From positions 1-64,000 of IMG/VR virus record IMGVR_UViG_3300011988_000002: a stretch of 64,000 nt of DNA. One strand, given 5' to 3'. Each line of letters opens with the position of its first letter. Position 1 is the first letter of the stretch. The translations under genes and the position numbers were made by a program. The notes below the pieces were generated by a model, which saw only the letters and a list, made by a program, of their open reading frames with translations, did no database searches and was not told the DNA's origin. Shown here in pieces: positions 27,769 through 39,033 of the stretch. The DNA is from a virus.

Positions 27769-28815
27769 CTATTTCTTTTTATGATTTTGTTTTGGCTTCT
27801 TTTTTCTTTCTACTTTTTTTCTAGGTTTAATATCTCTTAAATTATTATTTGCTATTGTAATTGGGTATTTCTCTTTCATATAATCAAGAAGTTCCATAGC
27901 AGCTTTTTGATTATCCTTTGATAGAATAACAGTATTTGCATGATATGATACATTAGGTATAACATTTCCATTATTTATAAGAACATCTAAAACTCTTGTA
28001 TAGAAATACTCAATTGCTTTAAATATACCCATCATTTTAACTTCTTTATTATAACTATCTGTAATAAGTTCATCTCCAAATAGTCTTTGTATAATATCTT
28101 TATTAAATTCATCTTCTTCATATCCAAGTACAACACTTACTATAGAAGTATACTTTCTTTTATGTGTTCCAATATCATTTTGTATATTTATAAGACATGT
28201 ATTAAGAGTAAGAAGAACCTTTATATAAATATCTATTAGGAATTTACATATATTTTTAAAATCAACTCTGTCTTTTGCAAAAGAAATTGGGTCATATATA
28301 GTTAGAATGTCAGCTATATCATTACAAATCATTTCCTCTAGATTAAAATTAGATTTTATTTGTCTTGAATTTTCTATTATTTCTTTTGCATATGTATCTG
28401 GATTATACTCTTTAAGAAGAGAATCATTTAGAATAGTATTCATTACTTCTTTATAAGTAATTTCATCTTCTGTTCCTTTATATGCTTGCATAAACTCATA
28501 CGCATCCTCCCAAGGGTCATTATAATCAAGATTTGTTTTTAGGAAATCATCTATATCTTTTTGATTAATGTCTGAATTTATAATATAATCTATGTTTCCA
28601 TTAGTCAAAAGTCTTGTAAGTATTCCTGTAGTTCCTTCATTTACAGTATTCTTACTCTCTACACATGAGTTAATATTTATACTATGTTCATCTTTTGCTG
28701 CTATATATGATGCTACAACAGTAAATAAACCACTTTCTTCTTTTAATTTCTCCGCCGCATTTCCTTCAAAAAGCATCAAGTTAAAATAAAGCTCTTTATT
28801 TGCAACCAATTTCAT
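27769..28815 (-). CDS. hypothetical protein with a basic KK-rich tail (348 aa)
   Basis: Long ORF. Confidence 0.65.
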   Translation of the reverse strand: MKLVANKELYFNLMLFEGNAAEKLKEESGLFTVVASYIAAKDEHSININSCVESKNTVNEGTTGILTRLLTNGNIDYIINSDINQKDIDDFLKTNLDYNDPWEDAYEFMQAYKGTEDEITYKEVMNTILNDSLLKEYNPDTYAKEIIENSRQIKSNFNLEEMICNDIADILTIYDPISFAKDRVDFKNICKFLIDIYIKVLLTLNTCLINIQNDIGTHKRKYTSIVSVVLGYEEDEFNKDIIQRLFGDELITDSYNKEVKMMGIFKAIEYFYTRVLDVLINNGNVIPNVSYHANTVILSKDNQKAAMELLDYMKEKYPITIANNNLRDIKPRKKVERKKKPKQNHKKK

Positions 28816-28827
28816 CTCAAACCTCCT

Positions 28828-29199
28828 TTAAAAATTACCCCAAGCATATTCTATTAAATCAACTAAACTATTTGGCATATTTGATAGGTACACTATTACT
28901 TCTAATATCTTATTATCATATTTAAATTTAAGAAGTCCATCAATAAATTCCTTTGCAGCAAGTACAGAACTTATCTTATTCTTTTGATATTCAGTCATTT
29001 TAGATACACTATCTTTAAGTTTAAACTTCATAGTAGAATTTTCATAAGTTAAAGTAAACATTTCTTTCTTTTTAGCTTCATCTTTAGCTGCTTTTAGAAT
29101 ACCTGTATGAGCAGGTGTTGAATACACTACAAATGTATCATGTTTGTATCCTCTTTTAGCTTTTATTCTTTCTATTATAACTGTTCTTCCTATATTCAT
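28828..29199 (-). CDS. hypothetical protein (123 aa)
   Basis: ORF. Confidence 0.5.
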   Translation of the reverse strand: MNIGRTVIIERIKAKRGYKHDTFVVYSTPAHTGILKAAKDEAKKKEMFTLTYENSTMKFKLKDSVSKMTEYQKNKISSVLAAKEFIDGLLKFKYDNKILEVIVYLSNMPNSLVDLIEYAWGNF

Positions 29200-29565
29200 T
29201 TATTTACCTCCGTATAATAATTCATTTTCAAAATTTGTAAATACATCTTCTAGTATTTCATCTAATTCATATGTATATTTTTTAATTCTTTTATTATTAA
29301 GTAAGTATCTCATTACCTTTACAAACCCAAAACTTCTAAGTACACTATACATCACATCAAAGACTAATGTATGTCCTATGTTAGACCTACTTATCTTTAC
29401 AGATAGTTTAAAACTATGTTCCTCTTCTTGGACTATACTAAACATATGAAGTTTAGATTTGCTTGAACTAGTTGTGTAATATACTTCAAATTCAACTTTC
29501 TTTTCTTTATTTCTTATCTTTTTAATTTCAATCTCTTCCATTTTATCTTCCTTTCCATTCATCAC
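29200..29565 (-). CDS. hypothetical protein (121 aa)
   Basis: ORF. Confidence 0.5.
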   Translation of the reverse strand: MMNGKEDKMEEIEIKKIRNKEKKVEFEVYYTTSSSKSKLHMFSIVQEEEHSFKLSVKISRSNIGHTLVFDVMYSVLRSFGFVKVMRYLLNNKRIKKYTYELDEILEDVFTNFENELLYGGK

Positions 29566-29905
29566 TTAATAAATCAAGAGCTTCATCAATAGTATCATTA
29601 ATGCAGAATGTGGTTCTAACTAGCTTACTATCATGTCTAAATGCAGCAATCCTTTTAGTAAAATACGAACTTTGAAGTACTTCAAGTAATTGCTTCTTGG
29701 CATGAGCACTATAATTATCAAACTTTTCCATTAGTTTAAACTCTTTAGTTTTCCTATCTAATATAAGTGTACACAAATATCTTTTTCTTAAGTTAATAGG
29801 TTCTAACTCTTTTCTTCTGCTACCTGTTACAACTTTAAAATAGATGTTGTTTTTATCACCTTCATATACCTCCTTTTCAATAACAACAAATCTTTCTCTT
29901 TCCAT
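29543..29905 (-). CDS. hypothetical protein (120 aa)
   Basis: ORF with Shine-Dalgarno AAAGGAGG upstream. Confidence 0.5.
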   Translation of the reverse strand: MERERFVVIEKEVYEGDKNNIYFKVVTGSRRKELEPINLRKRYLCTLILDRKTKEFKLMEKFDNYSAHAKKQLLEVLQSSYFTKRIAAFRHDSKLVRTTFCINDTIDEALDLLSDEWKGR

Positions 29906-29929
29906 AATAATTCCTCCTTTATAATTTGT

Positions 29930-29997
29930 GAAATAAAAAGTTTAATGTAGACTAACATTAAATCACATAATAATATGTAATCAATGTTAATCTACAA
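29930..29997 (-). terminator. rho-independent terminator (long-loop hairpin)
   Basis: ATGTAGACTAACATT / AATGTTAATCTACA stem with a T-run on the minus strand. Confidence 0.45.
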
Positions 29998-30003
29998 CTT
30001 TTA

Positions 30004-32448
30004 TTAAGCTACACTGTTATCAGTTAAATGTATCGGTATCTTAATCCAGTTAGATGCATTTGTACCATCAGAACTTTCTGCCATTCTAATAAATATAGTA
30101 TACTTACTTCCAAGGGTTCTATCTTGCAATATAACATTATTAATAAATTCAGTAAGAGGAGTACCATAGTATTTTGTACCAAGTGAACATCTGCATGTAC
30201 TTTGGTCTGAAAAAAAGATACTATGTACATTATCTTTATTTCTTATAATGAATCTAAAATTGCATTTATATGTATCATACATTGGTGTAAAAAATTCTTT
30301 TTCATCAAAGTTATTATCTGGAACTTTACCATCAAAATCACGTTTATATACTACTATTTCAATGTAAGTACGTGATATGTTTGATATAGTAGTTTGCATA
30401 TTACGAAATATAATTATATTGCCTTCACTATCAACATTTACAAGTGGAGTTACATATTTTTTAGCAAGATATTTAACACTTCCATCTTTTAAACTTTTAA
30501 ATTTAAGTGTAGGATATGTTGGTTTAGAATCTCTAAATTCTAAGTAGTACTTATCAGAGGTTCTATAAGTATATGGGTCTGAATATGGATTATTTCTATT
30601 CCCATTTTTGTAATTCTCTGATAGAGTGTATACTTTATTTTTTAAATTAATAGAATAGTAATACAATGACTCCCAGGCTATACTTCTTTCAGCATATTTA
30701 TGTTTTGTAGTACTTTTATAAGTTAATCTTTGACCCTGACCATAATTATAACCACATATGTATTCTTTAAATATAACTTCTGTATCTAAATTTCCAGCTT
30801 TAAAATTACCTCTTTTAGATTTTCTAAGTCCTGAATTTACTTGATAATTATATTCTTCTTCAGTTGCTATACTTGTAAGTTTTATATCTGAAACTTTGCT
30901 TATTTGAGGAAAGAAAAAAGTCCTTTCATCATAGCTAGTAGTTAAATCACTCTTATTATCAGTAAACTTAGATACAAGTCCATGATACCATCTAGATATA
31001 AAATCCCCACCTGTTTTATTACCGAGTTCCGTATAAGTGGTTTCATTTGGATTAGCAGTAGGGTTTTTTGGATAACTTACTTTATCCATATCTTCTGCTT
31101 TAGATAATTGAAATAATGGATAAGGTGTCTTATATCCGCTCTCTTCGACTTCCTCTACCTCTGAAGTATATTGTAGTAATTCAGATAAATTAGTTCTACG
31201 ATATTCTGCATACATATTATAAATATTGAAATTACTTATAAATTTATTATCTGGACTATTTAATATTTCATTAGATATAGAAGGATTTCCAAGAAGATAA
31301 GGATTTCCTTTACTTCCAATAAGAACGGTATTAGCTTGATACGACTTAACTCCACTAAACTCAGTTGCATTATATACTGGATAATGTGTTATAGGTTGTG
31401 GGTCATATTTAAGAACCATTAAATCAGCTGCATTTGACCTTACTATGTAACTATATCCTCCTTTAAGATAAATACACCCATCTTCTTCAAAAGTAATACT
31501 ATTTGTACCAGTTCCATTACCTCTAAGTTCAGGTGTTGACGGTTTATATCCATTTATTATATCACCGTATCTATTATGGTATACAAAACAAGCATCAACT
31601 GCATCAGGTCTTGTATCTGTTGAATATATAGTAGTACTTGATACAACAGCAGATTTATTATCAGTAAGTAGTTTTATTTTAATTTTTTGATTCATATTAA
31701 ATTCAGTTAAATCTACAAGTTGTACTTTAGGATATAGCTCTAACTCTTCAAGTTTATCAAGTAGTCCAGAAAAGTCCTTTGTTTCTCCTTGTCTTATAAC
31801 TTTAGAAGCTTCAAGTAGCACTTTAGCTAAATCAAGAAGCTTAGTTCCATAGTTATAAAGTTCTTTTGGTCCTTTTATATGTGTATAATATCTTATATTA
31901 AAGAACTTCTTATATATATCAAGTATACACTCACTTACATGTTTATACCCTTTTTTATAAACTTCAGCTAGAAGTCTTAGTTTTTCATGTAAAGTTATAA
32001 GATTTGCACTATCAGTTTCTTCTTCATCATATGTAAATACAGATAAATCAGATACAAATTCAACCATATTCTTATTATTTTTAGTACTATAAAGATATGG
32101 TATAAAATCAGCAGGTCTTACTCCTTCCCAAAGCTTATCAAAACTTATTTCTCCATCTAGTGTATAATGGTCAGTATGGTTTTTCCATTTAGTTAAAAAC
32201 ATTAAACTCAACTCAACATTCTTATCACCACTTTTACCAAGTTGAATAAAGTTTTCAGACACTTTTTCTAAAGTTAAAACCTGTTCATCTTTAATTACTA
32301 AATCTTCTCCATACTTAGTCTTTATATAAAGCTGTCTTTTATTGTCAAGTTCAGGTATAAAATCTCCATAACTTATAGATTCCGCAAGTCCAGTTTTATT
32401 CATATCTTTATGCACAAGTTTATATAATATTCTTCTTTCTTTTTTCAT
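30004..32448 (-). CDS. large virion or structural protein (814 aa)
   Basis: Long ORF in the structural block. Confidence 0.7.
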   Translation of the reverse strand: MKKERRILYKLVHKDMNKTGLAESISYGDFIPELDNKRQLYIKTKYGEDLVIKDEQVLTLEKVSENFIQLGKSGDKNVELSLMFLTKWKNHTDHYTLDGEISFDKLWEGVRPADFIPYLYSTKNNKNMVEFVSDLSVFTYDEEETDSANLITLHEKLRLLAEVYKKGYKHVSECILDIYKKFFNIRYYTHIKGPKELYNYGTKLLDLAKVLLEASKVIRQGETKDFSGLLDKLEELELYPKVQLVDLTEFNMNQKIKIKLLTDNKSAVVSSTTIYSTDTRPDAVDACFVYHNRYGDIINGYKPSTPELRGNGTGTNSITFEEDGCIYLKGGYSYIVRSNAADLMVLKYDPQPITHYPVYNATEFSGVKSYQANTVLIGSKGNPYLLGNPSISNEILNSPDNKFISNFNIYNMYAEYRRTNLSELLQYTSEVEEVEESGYKTPYPLFQLSKAEDMDKVSYPKNPTANPNETTYTELGNKTGGDFISRWYHGLVSKFTDNKSDLTTSYDERTFFFPQISKVSDIKLTSIATEEEYNYQVNSGLRKSKRGNFKAGNLDTEVIFKEYICGYNYGQGQRLTYKSTTKHKYAERSIAWESLYYYSINLKNKVYTLSENYKNGNRNNPYSDPYTYRTSDKYYLEFRDSKPTYPTLKFKSLKDGSVKYLAKKYVTPLVNVDSEGNIIIFRNMQTTISNISRTYIEIVVYKRDFDGKVPDNNFDEKEFFTPMYDTYKCNFRFIIRNKDNVHSIFFSDQSTCRCSLGTKYYGTPLTEFINNVILQDRTLGSKYTIFIRMAESSDGTNASNWIKIPIHLTDNSVA

Positions 32449-32456
32449 ATTATCAC

Positions 32457-33998
32457 TTATTCCTCTACACTTATAATATAAGAGTTTCCAAGCATAATTT
32501 CTTTAGCTACATAAAGTTGCTCTGTAAATGATATAAAGTTTGCTTTATTAAGATATGCTTGTCTACCAATAGGTGTAAATAAAGTAACATATCCATTTTC
32601 ATAATCTGATACTTGTACAAGTGGCGGTGCTTCTCCTCCTCCTGGGGTTTGTCTATCTGGGTCAAATATAACTTCTATATTCTCTATATATCTACTCCAT
32701 AAAGTATATGTTTCTCCACCACGAAGTACAACTATATAAGAAAACTCAGCATCTGTTCCACTTCCAGCTGGTTCACCTGCATAAAATCTTCTAACATCAA
32801 ATATCATCTGAGGTGTATCTCCTCTTTTTATAAATGTAAAGTTAGTCTGTCTATGATTAGTACCATATCCACTATGTATAGAAGTAGTAGCTGGTGTACC
32901 TGCTGATATTTTCTTATTATAATAATATTGCTTAGGCATATTAGAACCATAACTTCCTATTACAAGCATTTCGCTCATAAGTGTATCAAGTTGTGTTTTA
33001 GCCCAACCAGCAAGGTCAGTCACAAAATCATTTTGTAACCATTTCTTATTTTTGTTATAACCTCCATGCTCAACTATTAAAGGAGAATTAAAGAAATCAT
33101 AATATCCACTAAGTTTATTTATATCTTCTATAGTTCTTCTAGATATATTTCCTATATCCCAATCTGATTTAAGTTTTAGTTTTACAAGATGAGTTTCTGT
33201 ATTTCTTCCAGGAACTGTAAATGTATATGGTCTTATCTTCTTTTCTAAAAACGGTATAATATCATCAATATTAAGACTATCTACTACATTTTTAAGACTT
33301 TGTTCCAAACTTAGCTTCATTTTAGGCACTTCTAGTGTTGCCTCTCCTATTTTATCAAGCCAATCTGCAATCTTATCTCTTATAATTGCAATATCTCTAT
33401 CTATATTAAGCTTTAAAGTATCAAATATTTGCTTATTATTATCAATGTTTTTAAGAATACGTCTTAAAACAGTATATAAATCCTCTATTTCTCCATCAGC
33501 TTTAAGTCTTACGTATACTTGCTTTTCGTGTACAAAAGGAACTACTTGTACTTCTGTACCATTTCTATATATCTTTTGAATATATGGAGTTATAGTATTC
33601 TTATTTTTATCTATATACTCATAAAAGCTTCTTATTACATCTTTTGATGTACTTTTATTAGAACCATCACTATCTTCCATAGTTCTTATCCATATAGTAT
33701 TATCTGTCATATCTTCTCTCTTAGGTTCATCTTTGCCCATAATAATAAGTTTATTAAGTATCTTATGTAGAGTTGCTTGGTCTATAGAAGTTATAGGTAC
33801 AAGTTCACCTCCCATATTATCTGGTTGCTTTATGTATATTACTGGTCCTTTATTTGTATACTTTACTACAAGTTCATTTGCACTAGCAAGAGCTTTAGTT
33901 TTATCTTCGTTCTCATCCATTACAAGTAAGCTAAAACCTACTCTTCCTGCTTGTACAAGTCTAGTTAGTTCTAGTAAAGCTTCAACTACATTTACCAT
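32457..33998 (-). CDS. probable virion structural protein (513 aa from MVNVVEAL)
   Basis: The internal start has a strong Shine-Dalgarno, TTAAGGAGGTAAATATG. The ORF-track start at 34067 adds 23 residues and has no Shine-Dalgarno. Confidence 0.65.
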   Translation of the reverse strand: MVNVVEALLELTRLVQAGRVGFSLLVMDENEDKTKALASANELVVKYTNKGPVIYIKQPDNMGGELVPITSIDQATLHKILNKLIIMGKDEPKREDMTDNTIWIRTMEDSDGSNKSTSKDVIRSFYEYIDKNKNTITPYIQKIYRNGTEVQVVPFVHEKQVYVRLKADGEIEDLYTVLRRILKNIDNNKQIFDTLKLNIDRDIAIIRDKIADWLDKIGEATLEVPKMKLSLEQSLKNVVDSLNIDDIIPFLEKKIRPYTFTVPGRNTETHLVKLKLKSDWDIGNISRRTIEDINKLSGYYDFFNSPLIVEHGGYNKNKKWLQNDFVTDLAGWAKTQLDTLMSEMLVIGSYGSNMPKQYYYNKKISAGTPATTSIHSGYGTNHRQTNFTFIKRGDTPQMIFDVRRFYAGEPAGSGTDAEFSYIVVLRGGETYTLWSRYIENIEVIFDPDRQTPGGGEAPPLVQVSDYENGYVTLFTPIGRQAYLNKANFISFTEQLYVAKEIMLGNSYIISVEE

Positions 33999-34115
33999 AT
34001 TTACCTCCTTAAAATTTATAAATAAGTACCAAAACTTGTTTCTATTATACCCTCCTATTAGAAACAAAGATTAGTATTTTATACTATATTAAAGGTAAAG
34101 GAGGATAAAGTTTTT

Positions 34116-35582
34116 ATGAATATCAAACTAAATGGTGTTCTACTTTCAGATATAGAAAATATGTCATATGGACACGAAAGTGAAATATTTGCATTTGAAC
34201 TTAGTAAATATGATAGTGCTTTTGAGAGTCTTGAAGAAGAATTTATAACTGGAGAGATAACGTATATTGATTCAGGTATGGAAGGACTTGTTTGGGGTAC
34301 AATGAAAGCTACTAAAAGTGCTTTAAAAGGTGCTGCAAAAGCTGGTCGTAATACAGCTAAGTTTATAAAACGTAATGCAAAAGATTTGAAAGCATATCTT
34401 AAAACTATGTTCTTAAAACTTCAGAAGATAATAAAAGAACTAGGAATGCAACTATCTGCAAGATTTGCAAGACTTATGAAAGTTGCAGACAGATATAATA
34501 AGCTAGGAAGAGAAGTAAATGAGATACTGTCTTTTCTTGGTAAAGCTGTAAATGATATGCCTGAAATGAATTTATCTTGGCATAAGTTTGATGCTATTCT
34601 TTTAAAAGATATGTTTAATGGAATAGAGGACTATGAGACTTATTACAAGAGGGTAATAGAAGGAACATTAATAGAAGAAGGAGGTTCAAGGGATGTACCA
34701 ACTCCAGAAAAAGTAAGAGATGCGTTAACAAGAAACGACCAACAAGCAATCTATAATTATTGTGGTGTATGTGCAAATGTGCTTGCACATTTTAATAAGA
34801 ATAAAGAACTTGCTATAATTATAGGTTTATCTGGTGGAAATCTAAATGATGTTCAGAAATCTGGTTTTGTTGCAAGACTTGCCAAAAGATTTGGTAGTGC
34901 AATTGCAAATATATTTACTGCTGGTAAATTTAAAGATTGGCAAGAAGCACGTAAACTTTTGGGTGATAAGTCAAGTTTTTCTAATATTTCAAAAGAAACT
35001 AAAGAGAATATAAGTAAAAATGGTTCAGCTTTAACTGGAGCAGGTTCTTTTTTAAAAGAAGCTATACTTGGACCAGAAATACATAAAACATATAGTTCAT
35101 CAAATGCTGAAGAATTTAGAAAAGATATGATGGATAATAGCTCAGGATTTCTAACACTTATGAATTCTATTCTTGGCAATCAAATTATCTTTAAAGTGCT
35201 TAAATCTGGTGCACTTTCTATAAAGAAGGAAACAGATGCAAGACTTAAGGAAATACAAGATATAATAAATGCTGGAGCAGCTGCATCTGAAAAGTCTGAA
35301 AAGGAAAAATCAAATAATGATGCTACTAATAAAAATAATAATACTGATAATAAAGATAATGAGGAAGATAAGAAAAAGGATAATGAGGAACAAGTTGACA
35401 CTAATGCTAATACTCCTGATAAACTCGCTGATTTGTATGTAAGACTTATGGGTTCTATACTTGCAAGAGCTTGTAAAGATTATGCACAAATAATAACTGC
35501 ATGTTTATCTACTACATTTATCCTAGTTAAAGAAACTGAAGGAATAGTTGCTGCTATAAAAGAGCAAACAGTTAAGAATTAA
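34116..35582 (+). CDS. hypothetical protein (488 aa)
   Basis: Shine-Dalgarno AAGGAGG; long ORF. Confidence 0.7.
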   Translation: MNIKLNGVLLSDIENMSYGHESEIFAFELSKYDSAFESLEEEFITGEITYIDSGMEGLVWGTMKATKSALKGAAKAGRNTAKFIKRNAKDLKAYLKTMFLKLQKIIKELGMQLSARFARLMKVADRYNKLGREVNEILSFLGKAVNDMPEMNLSWHKFDAILLKDMFNGIEDYETYYKRVIEGTLIEEGGSRDVPTPEKVRDALTRNDQQAIYNYCGVCANVLAHFNKNKELAIIIGLSGGNLNDVQKSGFVARLAKRFGSAIANIFTAGKFKDWQEARKLLGDKSSFSNISKETKENISKNGSALTGAGSFLKEAILGPEIHKTYSSSNAEEFRKDMMDNSSGFLTLMNSILGNQIIFKVLKSGALSIKKETDARLKEIQDIINAGAAASEKSEKEKSNNDATNKNNNTDNKDNEEDKKKDNEEQVDTNANTPDKLADLYVRLMGSILARACKDYAQIITACLSTTFILVKETEGIVAAIKEQTVKN

Positions 35583-35592
35583 GGTGATATAA

Positions 35593-37077
35593 ATGGCAAA
35601 TTTTGAACCACTAAAGACTTTGGGTGATAAGTCAACTTCTCGTGCCAAAGCTGATTTAATACTTGCAGATAATATGAAAAAGATGATAAGTGGACGTATT
35701 CCTGATATGCTAAATCTTCCTGCATCTGCAATAGATTTATTTCATATAAACAAGAAAGAAACTACTTATTCAGAAGGAACTAAAACTAGCTCTGATGTAA
35801 GGTCAAATAAATACGACTTTATAGAAGGAGTACCTACTTATGGAGTTCCAAATAGACGTGAAACTCAAGATGGTTCTAAGGACGATAGAAAACTTCAACT
35901 TAGAATAGACCAAGAAGGTCAAATGCTTATACCTTATTCTGATGTAACTCCTGTTCCTATGGACCACTTCTATTCTTATTCACTTGCAGATGTAAATCAC
36001 TTATTTGTAATTACTAAGGTTGAAAGACAGTTTATAATAGATAGAGACTTCTTTCTTGTAACATACTCACCATCACCATATTTTAAATATCAAGATATAT
36101 TAAAGCAAGTTGTAAATGAGTATATCTATGAAGAAGATACTGGTCTTGGTGTTGGTGGTAAAGATAAGGGATTTGAAGCTCCTCAAATACTTTCAAAAGA
36201 TGATAAAGGAGCAAGAGAAGAGCTACAAGCTAAAATAGATGATTTAAATAAGAAATATATAGATACATTCTATAATGAAAAGTATGATGCTTTGATATTT
36301 ATACCACAAAATAAGATATCTGAGCTTGTACCAAAGAAAATAGATGGAGTTGATTTAGAACAAGACTGGAAAGATTTGTATCATAGACGTAGAATGGGAT
36401 TTATATACTACTCTTTAATGGATTTACAAGCTAATATGCCTATACTTAATTATTCTATGGATAAGAATATACTGTTTTTAGAACCTCCATATCCTTTATT
36501 TGGTGCAAAAGCATCTTATAAAGGAAGTCTATACGACAGAATAATTAAAAAGGATTTTCCTAAGAAGAAAGACCCTAAGGTAAAATCTAATCCATTTAAG
36601 AATAGAACAGAAGATACAAAAGAATACATAGGAAATCCAAGTGCTTATGCTTTTAAATACTTCTTATCAGTAAGAGATGCACTAAACTTTAACTATGAAC
36701 TAGCTGATTATGAAGTAGAATATGATTATTCATGTTTCTTTAGATTTAAACTATATGAAAAGCATAGTGCTCTTACAAACTTCTGGAATACAGGAATAGC
36801 AATAAACTATTTATTACATCATCATTATCTTGGTGATACATATGAAAGAAGTGCTAATGTAAAGTATACTATTACTCATAATATAGTTACAAAGTTTATG
36901 GATTTACATATGAATGATGATATTAAAGGTATAATAGATAATCTATACTTACTTGATTACTATATATTTGATAGAGAGAATATAGATGATTATATTGGAG
37001 TTCCTATAGTAAAGTTAATACTTGAACTTGCACTTGAAAAATTAAAGAGTGGAAGAAAATCATACTCAGAAAGTTAA
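35593..37077 (+). CDS. hypothetical protein (494 aa)
   Basis: Long ORF tightly coupled to the preceding gene. Confidence 0.7.
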   Translation: MANFEPLKTLGDKSTSRAKADLILADNMKKMISGRIPDMLNLPASAIDLFHINKKETTYSEGTKTSSDVRSNKYDFIEGVPTYGVPNRRETQDGSKDDRKLQLRIDQEGQMLIPYSDVTPVPMDHFYSYSLADVNHLFVITKVERQFIIDRDFFLVTYSPSPYFKYQDILKQVVNEYIYEEDTGLGVGGKDKGFEAPQILSKDDKGAREELQAKIDDLNKKYIDTFYNEKYDALIFIPQNKISELVPKKIDGVDLEQDWKDLYHRRRMGFIYYSLMDLQANMPILNYSMDKNILFLEPPYPLFGAKASYKGSLYDRIIKKDFPKKKDPKVKSNPFKNRTEDTKEYIGNPSAYAFKYFLSVRDALNFNYELADYEVEYDYSCFFRFKLYEKHSALTNFWNTGIAINYLLHHHYLGDTYERSANVKYTITHNIVTKFMDLHMNDDIKGIIDNLYLLDYYIFDRENIDDYIGVPIVKLILELALEKLKSGRKSYSES

Positions 37078-37087
37078 GGAGGATAAT

Positions 37088-37210
37088 ATGAATGAGGATA
37101 TAATAAGAGATGATAGTAGACTTTTTGATTTATTTACATCTCTTGGAAGATTTGTAATACAAGATGAAATAAACTTTAAAGAAGAAGAAAATAAAGAACT
37201 TGAAATATAA
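37088..37210 (+). CDS. hypothetical small protein (40 aa)
   Basis: Manual translation: MNEDIIRDDSRLFDLFTSLGRFVIQDEINFKEEENKELEI. A strong Shine-Dalgarno, TAAGGAGGATAATATG, precedes it. Confidence 0.4.
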   Translation: MNEDIIRDDSRLFDLFTSLGRFVIQDEINFKEEENKELEI

Positions 37211-37224
37211 AGGAGTGAGTTAAC

Positions 37225-38958
37225 ATGACAGTATTAGAAATACTAGAGGCTAAATACACAAAAGACAGAACAGAATACACAATTAAGTTTAAACCAGTTC
37301 CTGGTAAGAAACTTTCTAGTCTTACAAAAGAAGACATAACTATTACTTCTGTTTCTGATGGGTCTAAAGAAGACTATGAAGTAATAAACTATACTTATAG
37401 TAATAAAGCTGGTGGAAGTATTACATTTAAAACTACTAAAGACCCTATTACTGCTGAAATAATGGTTAAGTTTAAAGATATAGAAGATGAATTCTCTATA
37501 GAAACAAAGGAAAAAACAGAAGAAGCTACACCAGAACCACCTAAAGCACCAGAGTCAACACCTAAATCTGGAACTGAAGAAAAGAAAGAAACTAAAACAG
37601 AAATGCAAACTGAATCACAACCTACTTCTTCTGAAAGTAGACTTGAAGAAGAAAAGGTAGAATTTGGAAGACAAGAAGTAACTGAAGAAGAAATAAAGTT
37701 TGCTCATCCTGTTATTAATAGATTCTATGGTCAACAAGAAGTTAAAAAGCAGTTTAAACCGAGAGCATATGAACTATATTTTAAAGAAGATTATGAAACA
37801 TCTGGAGTTCCTTATGCTTATGAAGCTAACTTACTTATAGGACATTTTGAACAAGGTGACTTTATAATGAGAGAAGGAAATGAATTTATTATGTATACAG
37901 GAGAAGGTCCTATACATGCTAATATATTTATGATGGTAAGAAACATGAGTAGAGAAGAATTCAATGAATACTTCCATGTTACTATAAGTCCTGACTATCA
38001 TAAAACATACACATTTAGAGTTAAAAAAGAACATCCTGATGCAGTTACAAAACCATTTAAACTTGAATTAGGGTTCTATAAACTTGATAGTTTGGAAAAA
38101 CTTGAAGACTTTACAATAGAGTTATCACCAGTTGACCATTCTTTAAAGCTTCCTAAGATTACAAATAACAGAAAGCAAACACTTGATGTATATGAACTTC
38201 CTGCTAAAAGTTCAAACTTTGGTGATACTATAATGAATATACTTGTTGAAAAGAATGAAGACTATTTTGAACTTGTAAAATGGTCAGCAGAAGGATATTC
38301 ATTTTTAATTCCATTTAGAAATCCAATAGTAATAAAATATGTAACATGTAATCCACTTGAAGCACCTAATAGAGCTAAAAAGTATATTGGATTTGTACAA
38401 ATAAGAACTAAATTCCCTGGAGAAGTTACTATTGTATGGACTGTAAAAGGTAAGAATGGAGCAGTTGCTGATGTAAGACAGAAGATTAAAGTTACTGGAA
38501 CACCAAGTCCAACAGATGGTATGACACCTGATGAGATAGCAGAATGGACTATATATGGACATACAGCTGAAGAAAGAGATAAATGGTTCTGTTATAGATC
38601 TCTTAATAGAAAAGTAACTGTAACTGGAGACCCATATGTACTTAATAAGTTTGAAATGCCTAAATGGCAACACAGAAGTCTTTATAGACCACAAGAAAAT
38701 GTAATATATACAGACTGTATAAGACTTAAGGATTTCTTTGATAAATATCCTGATGAAAAAGTAGGAATTATAAGTTATTATTGGATTCCTATGGGACTTA
38801 CATCTAAACAGTTTATAGATTTCTTATCTACACATAAAAGTGGTGAAGGCAAAGAATATTACATAAGACCACCTTATTATAGAACTTGGGAAGAATACCA
38901 ATATGGTAAAAAGAATGAAATAGACTATAAAAAGATGGCAGAAGAAATGCACTGGTAA
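37225..38958 (+). CDS. hypothetical protein with PT/E-rich linkers (577 aa)
   Basis: Shine-Dalgarno AAAGGAG; long ORF. Confidence 0.7.
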   Translation: MTVLEILEAKYTKDRTEYTIKFKPVPGKKLSSLTKEDITITSVSDGSKEDYEVINYTYSNKAGGSITFKTTKDPITAEIMVKFKDIEDEFSIETKEKTEEATPEPPKAPESTPKSGTEEKKETKTEMQTESQPTSSESRLEEEKVEFGRQEVTEEEIKFAHPVINRFYGQQEVKKQFKPRAYELYFKEDYETSGVPYAYEANLLIGHFEQGDFIMREGNEFIMYTGEGPIHANIFMMVRNMSREEFNEYFHVTISPDYHKTYTFRVKKEHPDAVTKPFKLELGFYKLDSLEKLEDFTIELSPVDHSLKLPKITNNRKQTLDVYELPAKSSNFGDTIMNILVEKNEDYFELVKWSAEGYSFLIPFRNPIVIKYVTCNPLEAPNRAKKYIGFVQIRTKFPGEVTIVWTVKGKNGAVADVRQKIKVTGTPSPTDGMTPDEIAEWTIYGHTAEERDKWFCYRSLNRKVTVTGDPYVLNKFEMPKWQHRSLYRPQENVIYTDCIRLKDFFDKYPDEKVGIISYYWIPMGLTSKQFIDFLSTHKSGEGKEYYIRPPYYRTWEEYQYGKKNEIDYKKMAEEMHW

Positions 38959-38963
38959 AATGG

Positions 38964-39030
38964 AGAAAAAAAAAGAATATAAACCCGAATACTATTTATT
39001 TAGTATTCGGGAATGTGTTCTTTTTATTTC
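38964..39030. terminator. bidirectional rho-independent terminator
   Basis: CCCGAATACTA-n6-TAGTATTCGGG hairpin with an A-run upstream and TTCTTTTTATTT downstream, sitting between convergent genes. Confidence 0.65.
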
Positions 39031-39033
39031 CTT

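Noticed and set aside
33999-34067. N-terminal 23-aa extension (MFLIGGYNRNKFW...) of ORF 32457..34067
   Set aside because: It has no Shine-Dalgarno, whereas the internal Met at 33998 has TTAAGGAGGTAAATATG. The shorter start was chosen.
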